Of a DNA stretch of 64,000 bases, positions 13,469 through 26,783 are shown piece by piece. Each line of letters starts with the position of its first letter. The stretch's first letter is position 1. Origin of the DNA: Octopus vulgaris (Eukaryota); the NCBI GenBank assembly GCA_951406725.2, contig OX597823.1, positions 103,974,001 to 104,038,000 of the forward strand, in the 5' to 3' direction. The position numbers and the translations under genes are program-made. The notes under the pieces are model-generated. The model was not told the origin of the DNA and made no database searches. It saw only the letters and a list, made by a program, of their open reading frames with translations.

Positions 13469-14006
13469 TCGAGTCATTCGACTAAAATATTTTTCAAGGG
13501 GATGCCCCGGCATGGCCGCATTCTAATAGCCGAAACAAAAGATTAAAGATATAAATGTGTGGATGTATATGTATATGCTTGTGTTTATGTGTTTTATATG
13601 TTCATAAAGTTTGTGTGCAATTGTGTAGTGTATATGGAAGTGTGTGTGTATGCATGAATATATGTGTGCGCGTGTATTTATCAACCGCTCTCTCTCTCTC
13701 TCTCTCTTCTTTCTCTGTATACACACACATTCATAATGTCTACACATACATACACACAGTTGAAAATTTTGTATACACAGACGCGCGCACACACACACAC
13801 ACACACACGTACACACATACATACAGTCACAAACATAAATAGCTACGTGAGTACATGAAGGATATATACATATATATATATTGTGTATTTATGCATATAT
13901 ATATATATATATATATACATACATACATATACACACATATATATGTACATATATACATAAATATACATATATACATACATACACACACATATTATACATA
14001 TATATA

Positions 14007-14046
<40 letters not shown>

Positions 14047-14879
14047 TATACATATATACATAAATACACACAGACACATATTATACATATATATATATAT
14101 ATACATACATACACACACACACACACGCATATTCTTTATTTGTGAATTTACCCACCAATGCGGTGTTGAGCACTCATTCCAACTTTCTAAATATATGTAT
14201 ATATATATGTGTGTGTGTGTGAGTGTGTGTGTGTGTGTGTACTGCGAAAGAGAGAGTGAGAAAGAGAGTGTGAAAGACAGAGAGAGAGAGAGTGAGTGAG
14301 TGTGTGTGTGTGTGTGCATTTTCAAGGGGATGCCCGCATGTAGTTGTATAATTCCAGCTGCACACTCTTGTTGTGCACCCAATTCGATTGCGTGTGCAAC
14401 TCTCTGGGTGGAGGTCCAGCATTTTTGTGACATTATTTCATGGTGTAGAGTTTTGGTGTAGAATTACGAAAGGAAGAGGAGGGGGGAATAGTAGAAGACA
14501 TGCCTGTAATGGGTGGGATTAAATTCGGTGCGCCCAGGGGAAGACCAGAACAGGACGAGGAGGTGGGGAAGGAGGTGAAAGAGGATGAAGAGAAGAAGGA
14601 GGTGGCGGTGGAAGGGAAACTATGAGCTGTCGAATAATTAAGAGCAAAGGAAAAGAGTTAATTTATTTTTGTTGATTAGTCAGACGAAAAAGGAAACAAT
14701 CGCCTCATTTTCTTAGAGCCTGGTGGGAACATTTTGATTTGTGGGAACGATTTGGATCCCTGAGCTGGTGTCGGCAGAATAACGGAGTTGAGGAGTGGGA
14801 TTCGTAGAATGCAGTTCTGTAAAGGAAAGATTTGGGCGAAGTGTTCAAGTGCAGGAATTATGACGGAAGGGCTTGGAAT

Positions 14880-15428
14880 TTAGGGAAAAAGTCACAAGAG
14901 AAAGTAAAAAGTTCTACAAGCAAAATTTACAGGAAAAATTTCATAGAAAATTAGTTGCAGGAAAACATGTTTCAGAAAATACCACAGAAAAAGTCTGGGA
15001 AAATGTCACAAGAAAAAGCTACCGAAATTAATAGAATAGTGTTACATGGAAAATTCCACCGAAAAAAGTTACAAACAGGTCACGGAGCAAAGTTACAGAA
15101 AATGTTTCAGGGGGAAAAATCAGTAAAGTGTTACTAGTAAAATATCAGGGAAAAGTCACAAAATGTCATAGAAAAAATTCTGGAAATGACTGGTATAAGT
15201 CTGTGAAAGAGAAGCGTAGCAGAAAGAAAGAAACTGGAAGTGTGTACGTTCCTTTGGTGTTTGTGGGTTGTTGGAAGTGGTAAATCGGTACTATGTGTTT
15301 GTGGAAGTGAAGCTGGGAGGGGGGCAACTGATCCCGACGGAAATGGTGAACATGACTTTGAGACCTGAGCTGTTTTCACAAGTCGTATAGTTGACTATGT
15401 TGAGAGTTGAGAAGATAGAAGAAATGAA

Positions 15429-15463
<35 letters not shown>

Positions 15464-16025
15464 AAGAGAGAGAGCGGTGTGAAGGTGTACAGCGTTGGGG
15501 ACAGAGGGTGAGGAAAATTAGTGAGGTGGGTTACTCTGGTAGCAGAGTTTGTTTCATGTTGGACAGTGTAGAAGTCGGAAGGCGGCACTGGTGGAGGTAC
15601 ACAGTAAAACATCCAAATGCAGTATCAGCTTGCGAAACAGAAGTGTTCCCTACCTCAGTGGCCGAAACCTCAACAAAGCTCGGTGTGCTGATGATGGTCC
15701 TCCAGTGTTGACTGCGGAAAAACTTCGCTGTTGATACTTTATTTTATTTTGCTTCATTTCATTTTTGTAAATTTTGGTGTTAATTACAACGATATATTTT
15801 TCCATCACGTTTGATATATAGTTTTCTCCTTGTTTAAAAATTATGCATTGTCAGTTAATAAGCGAAGTAAATATTATTTATCCAAATATCTTTACTATTT
15901 ACTAACGCTATTTAAATGAAATGTGACATTTCTTTTCCTGATTCTTTCCCCTTTTTTTCCTATTTTTCCTGAATTGTAACTTTTTCAGTGCCATTTTTAT
16001 TCGTTACATATGACTTTATTTCCGC
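14880..16025. mobile_element. Possible degenerate DNA transposon with subterminal GGAAAAAGTCACA-type repeats in inverted orientation
   Basis: Repeated GGAAAA(A)GTCACA/GTTACA motifs at 14880-15190 and their complements (TGTGAC/TGTAAC...TTTTCC) at 15920-16025. Confidence 0.4.
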
Positions 16026-17199
16026 TCATTGAAACACTGCAAGGTTGAAGAGAAACGGGAAAATGATTGTGTAAAATGGTCCTGGTTGGAGGTGATACAT
16101 ACCAAGCTCTTCAAGGGGAAGGGCGTTCTAGTTGTGATGGAAGAAGTAGAAACTGAAAAACCAGTTCATTGATATTTAGTCGTCTCTTTTTCAATATGCA
16201 GAGAACCCAAGTACACAGCATCCAGTCTCATTTTCCAGGAAGATAAGGGTGTGATTTGAAGAATATTTCGTTGTTATTTCTAGCTGGTTAAGCTTCCACT
16301 TAGACGCCCATAGTTGTTATCGATCTTGTAGCATTCCACTGAAATTAGTCTTAAATATAGTGACGGAATGAGATACGTTGTCTAAGAATATGATCAGTAT
16401 AACATTCTAAAGTGCTGGTCATGGTGGGAAGGGGAAGTGCTAAACACTTGAAAGAGTTTCTGGATAGAAATATTTCTCTCCTCTGAATTAAAAGCCAAAT
16501 CTTTTTGATGCGGCTTTGCCAATGTCGAGAATATGAGTCGTTGTTGTTGCTGTTGATGTTATTGTTGTAGTTGTTAACCTGAGATCGGGCTTCATCTGCC
16601 AAACTTATAATAAACAAATTTCTGATCTGAGCCTCGAACATTCAATCTTCCTTTTTTTTATCAGGTATTGCTTACATTATCCAATACGTTCTTCCTATTA
16701 AAACAAATTCAGTAAAATATAATTTTAGAGATATTTAGTTATTTCTACAGCGTCCAGCTATCACGTAGAGTAGTGGTTCTTAATCATCTTTTTTTTTTCG
16801 GTACTCCCCTCTTTAAGTTTTTTATTATTCCTAGAACTCACCCACTTGGCGACTAAACTAACTCAAGATCGATGGTAATTTATAAATTTTACTTTAAAAA
16901 TGGATTGTATAAGCTTTTATAAGTGAAATGATAAAAAAAATTAATAAATACAAAAGTAATTAATTAAGACTTCCCTATACCCGATGAGATCTAATTTTCT
17001 TTTTATAACTATTACTGGTTTTGTCATATTTTATATAATTACTATCATAGGTAAAATTTAGTATGTTAATTATATTACCTTATCCTCTAAAACCTAACAC
17101 CCTTTCGAATGCCCAGCTCCCATTTGAGGGCGCTAACATCCTCATTGAGAAGTTAGAAGTTTCCCGTGGCTTCAAACAAGATGGTTTATTGTATTTTAT

Positions 17200-17865
17200 T
17201 AAAAGAGGTTTTTGAACGTTCGCGGCCATTGTTCAGTGAGTGTTCAAGTACCTCTTTGCAGCTATACTTACTGAGCAATTTTTCAACTAATTGCTTCTCC
17301 AAATATATCTGAAACTATTTAAGTCACTCCTCGCTTCCCTCTTCATTAATGAGAAGATAAAATAGTTTATATCCATATAAGTACTTTATTCTTTGCAATG
17401 GAGTTCGACAAAATTTAAAAACTTAAAATCGTTTAAAAAAGACATTTAAAAACCATCTAAAGACTTACAAGTTTAATTTTTATCAAGCAAAGTAATTTGT
17501 CCGCCCGCTTTTCAATCGTCATAGATCGCAGCCCGTGAGAAATACTATAACAACTGACAGCGGGGCTACCAGCTCTGTTTCCCAAAAAGCAAACCAAAAT
17601 TTTCAAAAAGTAGCGTGCTGTTTTAGAATGTAACTTCAAAAAGTTAATTTTACTCATGAATTGGGTATGTAGGTCGGTGCTAAATGCTTCCTTTCGTGCC
17701 GGGTATGCCAGTATTTGCTTAAAAACTACTGAACTAGCTGAGTTCCAAAGATGTTCTTCATTGAATGCTATGTTCGTGATACCAACAAAGTACTTTAATA
17801 CTCTGAACAATGGCCATGAACGAAAGAATAGTTCATTGACTTAGATTACTGTGAACCACCTTTTT
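17200..17865. mobile_element. Degenerate inverted-repeat element (MITE or DNA transposon remnant)
   Basis: CGTTCGCGGCCATTGTTCAGTGAGTGTTCAAGTAC (~17217-17251) is an imperfect reverse complement of GTACTTTAATACTCTGAACAATGGCCATGAACG (~17790-17822). Confidence 0.45.
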
Positions 17866-18247
17866 AGTAACCACCATATGCCTCTACATGGCAGCTCGGT
17901 ATGCAATATATATAAATCGAAAAATCTCTCAAATCACACTTTACATGGTGTTTTATTAATAAGGACATATTGGGTTAAGCAACAGCCTATTTTGACGACA
18001 GCCTATATATAATATAATATACTATTCTATATATACTATATACTATATAATAACGACAACAGCCTATTTTGAGCCTCATATTTTTTGCATTAACAAAAAC
18101 ATAGAACACTATCAGTCAATGAACGAAGATTTTCGCGACTAAAATACAATAAATGACCTTGCTAGTAGCCTCAAAAAGCCTCCACATGGTTACTTGATGT
18201 GCTAGAAATAACAACCAAATCTTTCCTCTCCCTCATGCTACTCGAAC

Positions 18248-19154
18248 TTAGTTGCTACTCGAACTAAGAATACTTGTTGTTCGCTGTGGAGGACTTGGGC
18301 CTTCTTGACTTTGGGTCATTAACCGAGAAGGGCCTGCAGGTTGTTTTGTAGGAGATGGAGGAGGAGGCCTCTGAGCTGGAGGTTTTGACCTTGGTTGTAT
18401 TCCACTGCTACTGGCTACCATTTCAGGAAGGAGAAGTGGACCTCGTGTGGGTGGTGGTAGTGGAGGCTGGGCTCGGTTTAAGGGAAAGCTTGAAGAGGAG
18501 AACGAGGAGGAAGAAGATAATCATGCTGCATGGCCGGTTTTTATATGGTGTTCAGTTGTTGAGCAGAGAGGGAGGACGACCTGGGGGTGGCGGTGGATGT
18601 GCTCCTGGCATCCGACGTCCTCCACCAACGTTCATTGCAATGCTACCAGCAGTGTGTTGCGATGGGCTGCGGGTTGTATTAACATTAACAGAATGGTTAT
18701 TGTTGGTGATGTTGTTATTGATGTCATTGCTAGTGTTTACAAAATGAGGAGTTGGAGGCTGAGATTTACAAGTTGCAGGTACGTTCCGTTGTGGCAAAGT
18801 CTTGTTATCATTGATTACCGAGCCACAGTTTGATACATTTTTATTGAGTTGAGACCTGAAATCAGTCTGATTGGTAGGTCCATTTGGTAAGCGCACCGGT
18901 TTTCGAGATGAAATACTTGCTGGTATTCTCTGTTTTTGACCTTTGTTTTGTAATTTTGGTATTTCTCCAGGGAATAACTCGCCAGCCATGCCTTCAATAT
19001 TGTTTGGAGGAAAACCTCCACCACCTCGTGGTAAGCTATCATTTGATTTCTTGCCAACTACTGGTGCACTACGGTCATTGGTAACTGCTTTTCGGAGTTT
19101 AGTACCTTTATGAATCTCTTTTTGTTTTTCTTTCAAATCATATTCTGCAGGCAT
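18248..19154 (-). pseudogene. WIP/verprolin (WAS/WASL-interacting protein family)-like intronless copy, disrupted; probable processed pseudogene
   Basis: EIHKGTKLRKAVTNDRSAPVV resembles WIP WH2-1 (DISKGKKLKKTVTNDRSAPIL), and GMAGELFPGEIPKLQ resembles WH2-2 (GLGGLFQAGMPKLR). A Pro-rich region follows. The main frame stops at 18552; Pro-rich sequence continues in a shifted frame (TGA at 18521-18523, then ...PLNRAQPPLPPPTRGP...RPPPPSP...PSPPQR...* at 18248). No introns, no N-terminal polyproline and no C-terminal WASP-binding motif are seen. Confidence 0.8.
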
Positions 19155-19871
19155 TTTAAAAAGAAGAAAAACATTGGGTAATGTACTCCGAGATACACTG
19201 TACTTTAAAAAATGGGTAAAGATGGAATAATCGAGGCTCCAATGCCTTTGATGAAACCTTTTATCCAATGCTAGATCAAACCTGATCTAGAACTAAACAA
19301 CATCTACAATCTATTCTGAAGCCTCATATTCCTAGAATTGGCAAAATCCAATCAAAGAGATTTGGTTTTTCGCTTATGAGCAAGACATGTTTCTGTCTAG
19401 AATTGCATCTAAGTCTCAAGTGCCTTCCCTTAACACCAAGACCAGCACTATGGAATACTATAATGATCATATCCATGACGGCATGTTATGAGATGGTCAT
19501 CAGATCAACGACAAAGGAACCCCTATGTGATTGCTAAACCTACTTGGAAGAACAGCTAATTCGCTTTCAAATAACAGCCATAACTTCTTCGAATAAAACT
19601 CTTTGGATAATATGAACTTAGGTTTTCTGCAAATGTGCAAGACGAACATCTTTGACTCGAGTTGAATTACCACTAATTCCATATGCTTTTCAATATAAAT
19701 CATATCTTTAAAAATGAACACATAACTAGCACTATTTACTAACAGATTTTGATTTATTTTAAAAAGTACAAATTCAGTTTGTCTTGTTGTTTATGGTATG
19801 TTCTAGTTCACGACCTCTGGTTTCATTTGTATTAGTAATATTCCGCCGTAAAATATTGGTTTCATATTTTG

Positions 19872-20070
19872 ACACAAGGCTAGTAATTTCGGGGGAAAGA
19901 GTAAGTCACTTGCATCAATCCCAGTTCTTAACTGGTACTTATTTAATCGACCCGAAAGGATGAAAGGCAAAGTTGACCTCGGTGGAATTTGAACTCAGAA
20001 CGTAACCGCAGACGAAATACGACTAAGCATTTCGCCCGGCGTGCTAACGATTCTGCCAGCTCGCCGCCTT
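19872..20070 (-). mobile_element. SINE family A, well-preserved copy
   Basis: Reverse complement of GGCGGCGAGCTGGCAGAATCGTTAGCACGCCGGGCGAAATGCTTAG...GCCTTTCATCCTTTCGGGTCGATTAAATAAGTACC. The central segment resembles the Meta-type SINE domain. Confidence 0.85.
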
Positions 20071-21249
20071 ATTCAAGCATAAAAATATAAATACATCATA
20101 TGAAAATTCTGATTTCGTTTTCACAATTTTCTGTCATGTTTAATTCACAAATACTTTTCTAAAAGTCACCCACTAGACCTGCTCAGTATAGCAGTTACAT
20201 TCCGTAACTATATTTAAGTTGTCTTTCAAATAAGGCTCACATGACGTAAGTTTTAAATCGTAATATAACAATATAACATATCGATATCAGAAATGAAACG
20301 ACCATGATAACAAAAAAAAAAAAATCAATCGAATATTTTACACCATTGATTTATTTCTGTATCACAGACTCGTTCGTACAGGCAAAGCTTTCCGCATCTA
20401 TTAAAAAAGTAAAAAGATCATTACTGGTTTGACTCACTTGTCAAGTGACTTGATCTGAGTTGTGAAAAGAAGCTAAATCAATAACATTATGGAAAAACTC
20501 AAGCTAGTACTTTAAGAGCACAACACACGCACACGAACACACACACACAAACACACACATACACACACGCACACTCACACGCACGTTCGCACGCCTGCGC
20601 GCATACTCACATATATAGCATCGTAGTTTATGTTCCTTTTTGTTTAGCATTGATAAGTAATGGATTCCCTTTGTTGTGATAACTTTAAGACGGAGTCTTT
20701 TACGCAATAGCAACTAAATGATAACATTAAAAAGAGGATATAACAACATCTGAGGAGTTCGGGAGTCCATTAATTTAAACAACAATAATCGTTTAGTATC
20801 ATTAATTATGCTTATAATCGTTTCTGATTGAGACACAAGACATGAAACTTGGTGGGGATTAGTTTGGTTACATCGACCTTCGACACTTGACTGGTACTTT
20901 ATTTTATCAACCAGAAAGCAGGATTTGTACTTAGGAAATAAAGACGCCGAAGAGAAAGACAGAAGATAAAGGAACAAAAACGATATTACGATGTTGCCAG
21001 ACCGTGTTTATAAGAGGCTTTCACAATTATAGCTGTATCATAAAGGCAAGGTTATGTAGTTCACAAGTTTATTTCGCAGCCCCGAGAATCTATACTCGAG
21101 TCTACTGTGCAGTATCTTACAGAAAGTGTCGCCTATTATTGGAAGGGATTGACCAAACACTGGTAAGCGAATTTTGTTGACGGAAACTGTGTGGAAGCAT
21201 GTTGTGTATGTGTGTATCTGAGTGTGGGTACTTTGTTTGTGTGTATATA

Positions 21250-21337
<88 letters not shown>

Positions 21338-21780
21338 ATGTATGTATGTATGTATGTATGTATGGATGGATGGATGGATGGATGGATGGATGGATGGATG
21401 GATGGATGGATGGATATATTGTATGAATGTTTGTATGTGTGTAGTTCTTTAAGAATTCTTTAATTCTTTCCACTTCTGTACAACTCAAGCCTGTCACTAA
21501 CAAAGTGACAAGGTTCCTTCGTTTATCTCAAAACTGCTCTTAAGGCCGTGAATATGAATATTGGTGTGTGAAAAAACGAATGTGTGTATATATATAAGCC
21601 TGCATTCATATAACGCATGTCCATGTCACTTCAGTGCACAAGCGCACTCGCGTGTCTGTGCTTCATTGCTGGTTATGTGTATTTATACAAATGTTTGATC
21701 GTTACCGGCATGTGCGAATGCATGATGCATGTATGTATGTATCTATATATGTATGTATGTATGTATGCATGTATGTATGC

Positions 21781-21962
21781 AAAGGTACATGAAGCCCAGT
21801 TACAACTACAGCCGGCTATTGCCGGTAAAGGTTTTAGCTGCCAATTCTGTACAAGTCATTGTAGACCTTTAGCTGGGCTAAAAAGTCACATTCGATCACA
21901 GCACCAATAACAGTTAAGCTTCGTGCAATGGCCATACTCGATAACGAGGGGGCAGCCATCAT
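21781..21962 (+). mobile_element. 3' end of an RTE-type LINE (C2H2 finger plus short 3' UTR)
   Basis: GFSCQFCTSHCRPLAGLKSHIRSQHQ*, then a ~50-nt UTR (GGCCATACTCGATAACGAGGGGGCAGCCATC) running into simple repeats. Confidence 0.7.
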
Positions 21963-22232
21963 ATATGTATGCATGCATGTATGTATGTACGTATGTATGC
22001 GTGTAGCACTAGTGCTGCATATCGGTGAAAGATGTAAGCAGAATCAAGAGAATTGATGAGTCGGTGCTTTCGAAAATTTCTTGTATGATATATGATCACC
22101 CGTGTTGTACAGACACACCCTTCACACGTTCACCATCGTAAATGCAATGATTGGCCTGTTGACGAAATATATAAATATATGAAGAAATAAATAATTATCT
22201 GTCTTTTGTTGAGTACTTGAAATATTGAGATA

Positions 22233-22543
22233 TCTCTCTCTATATAAACGGCAGTTTGTCTGTGCGTGTTTCTGTGTGTCTGTTTGGTTGTACCCTCACC
22301 CTGACCACGGCTTTCAACCGATTCTGATGAAACTTGACACACACATAGCCCAATGTCATAATTCAAAACTAACGCAGAGAAAATTTTGAAAAGTTCCCCC
22401 AGTTCTGAAAAAAATCGATAAATTCGACATGGGGTCGAGAATTAGAAACCCAAACCACAGACCGTCTAGGGGACGCAACTCCTACCTTTAACCCTCAAAA
22501 AAATTTACCATCATTTTTTTTTCCATTTTTTTGCTATTTTTTT
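22233..22543 (+). mobile_element. Helitron-like non-autonomous element, 5' part, flanked by a 62-bp direct repeat
   Basis: Starts A|TCTCTCTCTATATAAA...TGTCTGTGCGTGT...ACCACGGCTTTCAACCGATTCTGATGAAACTTGACACA, typical of Helitron 5' regions. 22172-22233 is repeated exactly at 22544-22605. Confidence 0.6.
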
Positions 22544-23171
22544 TAAATATATGAAGAAATAAATAATTATCTGTCTTTTGTTGAGTACTTGAAATATTGA
22601 GATATAAGATATAAAGTTCTTGTGTATTTTGAAAACAACTTGTTCGTCCATGTGAAATGTAATGTAGTTGATGTAGAGTGACTATTTTGTCCGCGCGCCT
22701 TCTTTCTTCTTCTTTCAGTCTTTCATTCTTTTTGATCATTCATTTATTCTCTCCTTTTTTTTCTTCTTCATAGCATTGCTCCATTGTCCAGTCCGATGTG
22801 TGCAGTGTACATAAAAAGAATGCTCTGTTTAAATGTGATGATAAAAAAAATACTGATACGTACATTTGTATTATCAATTTTGCGCTTACATTATAAATAG
22901 AAATGCTGTGTTTATTTTACAAGCACGATTATTGTGACCTGGGATTACAATTATTGGCTGCAAGTTTAAGATTACATAACAATATTATATTTTACATCAC
23001 AAAGCATTATTCAGAATTCGGCATTTAGATGGGAAGTCTATTCTTAGACTGAAACACAATTTCTTTAAAAATGTTAGCTTTTGGAATATTGAGAATAAAA
23101 GAATATTTACAAATGGATGGATAATGAACAAATCCGTCTCTCTGTGTTTATGACGGAACATAAACTGCAAG

Positions 23172-23440
<269 letters not shown>

Positions 23441-24419
23441 ACGTACACACGTACACATTAACACACACACACACACACACACATACACAGGAAAAATAGT
23501 GGTGGCCTGTATGAGCAAAAACTATAAAGCGGAGTCCGTGAATTTGAATAAGATTATATGCTACGTATGGGATTCTGACTTTTCTAGATAAATCTTTGTC
23601 TAAGAGATGTTTTTTTTTCACTAATGGGTTTGAAAATACCGCTATATACTCTTCAATCTTTTATTCTTTAAATTCTTAAAGTAAAAATGATGGTATCTAA
23701 CAACTAAAAAATATATAAAACCCGAAATATCTTAACTGGAAATTATTCAGTATGACTTCCTGCGATAAGGAAATCGTATTTTATACGGATACTTTCTGCC
23801 GTGTTCAATAAAGGATTCAACTCGAAAATCCGAAGACTTTACCCAACATGGCAGTCATCTGAAAAAAGCAGGGGGTATAAAGGTCGAAATGCTGAAACTC
23901 TAACAAGATGAATCCAAATATATCAATGCTTATATTAGTCTAAACACATTAGTCTAGACACAACGAGGCTGATGACAAGAGAAAGGTAAGTAGGATGAGA
24001 AAGCCCGACAGAGGTTGGCGTGAGCGAGGCCGGATTCGAGGAGCAAAAGCCGTAAGAGGAAACTCCGTTAGAAGAAAAGCCATTAACTGGGGAAAATAGA
24101 GAGAAATGAGACAGCGAATCAGCTTGTTGAATAGTCACATATCTGTGAGGATCGTTTTGTGTGCATACTGATATGTCAGTATATGTCCGTCTGTCACATT
24201 CTGACTATTCTGGTGAATTAAGGGCGAGGGGGATGTGAGCTTGTCTGTCTTTTCTCTCCAGAACAGAGATACCGAAAACTGCTAGCGAAAGCATGAAATA
24301 TGTCACCAAACCATATTGACTCACGAGTATGTATATATATATATATTTATATATATAACCGTGTATACACACACACACATATGTACATGTGTATATGTGT
24401 GTGTATATATTGACGTTAA

Positions 24420-24576
24420 CTCCACAAGTTTTTTATTCTCTGTTTATTTTCTCGTGTTCCTTTCGGTTGAAGAATGTAAGCTCGAAACGTAAAACGCTTT
24501 CTCACCTTCCCGAGCGTCAAACTAATACAGCTGCGTATTGTTAATACACCTGACTTCGTCGTTTGTTTTTCTGTAA

Positions 24577-24580
<4 letters not shown>
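24420..24580 (+). mobile_element. Penelope-like pLTR fragment, same family as 59880-60070
   Basis: GTTCCTTTCGGTTGAAGAATGTAAGCTCGAAACGT...CCCGAGCGTCAAACTAATACA matches the reverse complement of 59935-60010. Confidence 0.55.
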
Positions 24581-24617
<37 letters not shown>

Positions 24618-25385
24618 ATGTATGTATGTATGTATGTATGTATGTATGTATGTATGTATGCATGTATTTCGTTTTGCCACTGTGTGCGTAATATTTTCCA
24701 TTTTCATGGATAAATGTTGCCATGAGATACAATTCAGGAAGTTTGAGCTAGTGCTCGTCCGAAGTGAAGCAATTAACAGCAGACGTCACCCGTAGTTTAT
24801 TTCATATTACAATGTCTCAGTTATAAAGTAAGACTTTTAAGTGCCGGAGCTTTAGGCTCGAGATATCTCAGACGAAGAGTCAATGGAGCGGGTTCGCGCA
24901 TTATTTATGTACAGTTCTTGTTCTACTTTTCCACAAACTACTGTAATCCAGCAGCAGTTCAAATACTTTCAGAAAAGGTTTCCTATCTATGCATCATTTA
25001 CTTCTTATATGAATATGACCTTTAAAAGTTTTAGAACGTATACAATGTCCGATACGCTAATTACACGATTATAACCACACACACACAGTCACACACACAC
25101 ACACACACGCGCGCGCGCGTGTGTGTGTGTGTGTGTGTATATATATATGTAAGAGCGTTGTAGTTTACTTGAAGTATTGCAGTACAGAAGTAAAAAGTGA
25201 ATGAAAAGAGAAGTGAAAAAAACGATGCAGATGGTTTTAAAGAGGCCTATTTTCAGAAGAAAAATCTGTTCAGAGAGAGAGAGAGAGGGAGAGAGAGAGA
25301 GACAGACAGACAGACAGAGAAGGAGAGAGAGACAGAGACAAACAGTCAGACAGATAGGCACACAGATAGAGAGACACATAGATAG

Positions 25386-25459
<74 letters not shown>

Positions 25460-25563
25460 CAGCAGAAACTTACTCCATATAAAGCTATCTTAATGTATTT
25501 ACTTAGCTATTTTGGTCTGTATCTCTCTCTCTATCGGAATACATACATTGATATATACATATG

Positions 25564-25616
<53 letters not shown>

Positions 25617-25849
25617 CTATATAATTGATGCTCAATACCATTCGTTAACAAAAGAATCAATCAATAAAGCAAATAAGTGTGAGACGAATGAAATCAACCA
25701 GTCTCTGGTCAAATAGGTGCCATTTTACCACCCGATTGTAAATTTTCTCCCACATTTCTACGAGGCATTCTCTTCGCTTGCATTAAAGTGTCAAGCGTCT
25801 GCTTGCGTGAATGTGTTTATGTATGTATGTGCATGCGTGTGTATATTCT

Positions 25850-26040
25850 TTTTTTTTTTTTCAGTCATTTGACTGCGGCCATGCCAGAGCACCGCCTTTA
25901 GTCGAACAAATTGACCCCAGAACTTACTCTAGTACTTATTTTTTCAGTATCTTTTGCCGAACCGCTTTGTTACGGAGACGTAAACGCACCAACATCGGTT
26001 GTCAAGCGATGGTGGGGGTACAAACACAGGCACACAAACA
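25850..26040 (-). mobile_element. SINE family B, 3' half
   Basis: Reverse complement of CATCGCTTGACAACCGATG...GGCGGTGCTCTGGCATGGCCGCAGTCAAATGACTGAAA. Confidence 0.8.
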
Positions 26041-26055
26041 TATACACACACATAC

Positions 26056-26512
26056 ACGAGTGGCACGGGCGCTTCAAAAGCAGAACATCCCTGGAAGACG
26101 ATGAGCGATTTGGAGGAGGTGCCACATGTGTCACCCCCGTAAATGTGGTATTGTGCATAGAGAATTCGTGCCCCAGTACCAGAGCATCAATCGAGAGTTC
26201 TACAGCGACATTTTGACGTGTTCGAGGAAACTCAATTGGCGAAAGTGACTGAATCTGTGGAGCGCGAAGAGCTAGGTTCTTCACCAAGGTCTCCTCACTC
26301 GTGAGTTTCTTCCTCAAAACAATATGCTATCAATTCCGCACCGGGCCTGTTTGCCAGGTTTAGCACCTGCAGACTTCCGTCTCTTCCCCAAGATGAAAAT
26401 GCAGCTCAAAGCTCGCCGTTTTAACACCGCTGTTGTGATCCACAGCGAATCACAAAAGGTCCTCTACTCACTTAAAACGATTTCTAGGCCGGATTCCAAA
26501 AGTGACAGGAAC
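26056..26512 (+). mobile_element. Internally deleted mariner transposase remnant
   Basis: EWHGRFKSRTSLEDDER, then IVHREFVPQYQSINREFYSDIL, then IPHRACLPGLAPADFRLFPKMKMQLKARRF (equivalent to HPPYSPDLAPSDFxLF). Contains stops, frameshifts and deletions. Confidence 0.85.
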
Positions 26513-26783
26513 ATTCACACATACCTACATAAAAATTACCACCTCACACATGCAATGTGAACTTAAACAAGAAATGTCACCATTTCTTCTTTTCGCTTAA
26601 GATTATCAAAGGAAAGCAAGGCAGCTATCGAAATCCGAGGTTTTAGTAAGGATTAAGAACCAGATGCGTGACTAAACAGGAACACTCAGTATTGATCAAA
26701 CCAACGGATTTAGATTTAATCCTAGAACTGACTGTGATAGGTGATGAGTTCAGCCCATTCGGTTGATGTCGTTCATCTTAGGT

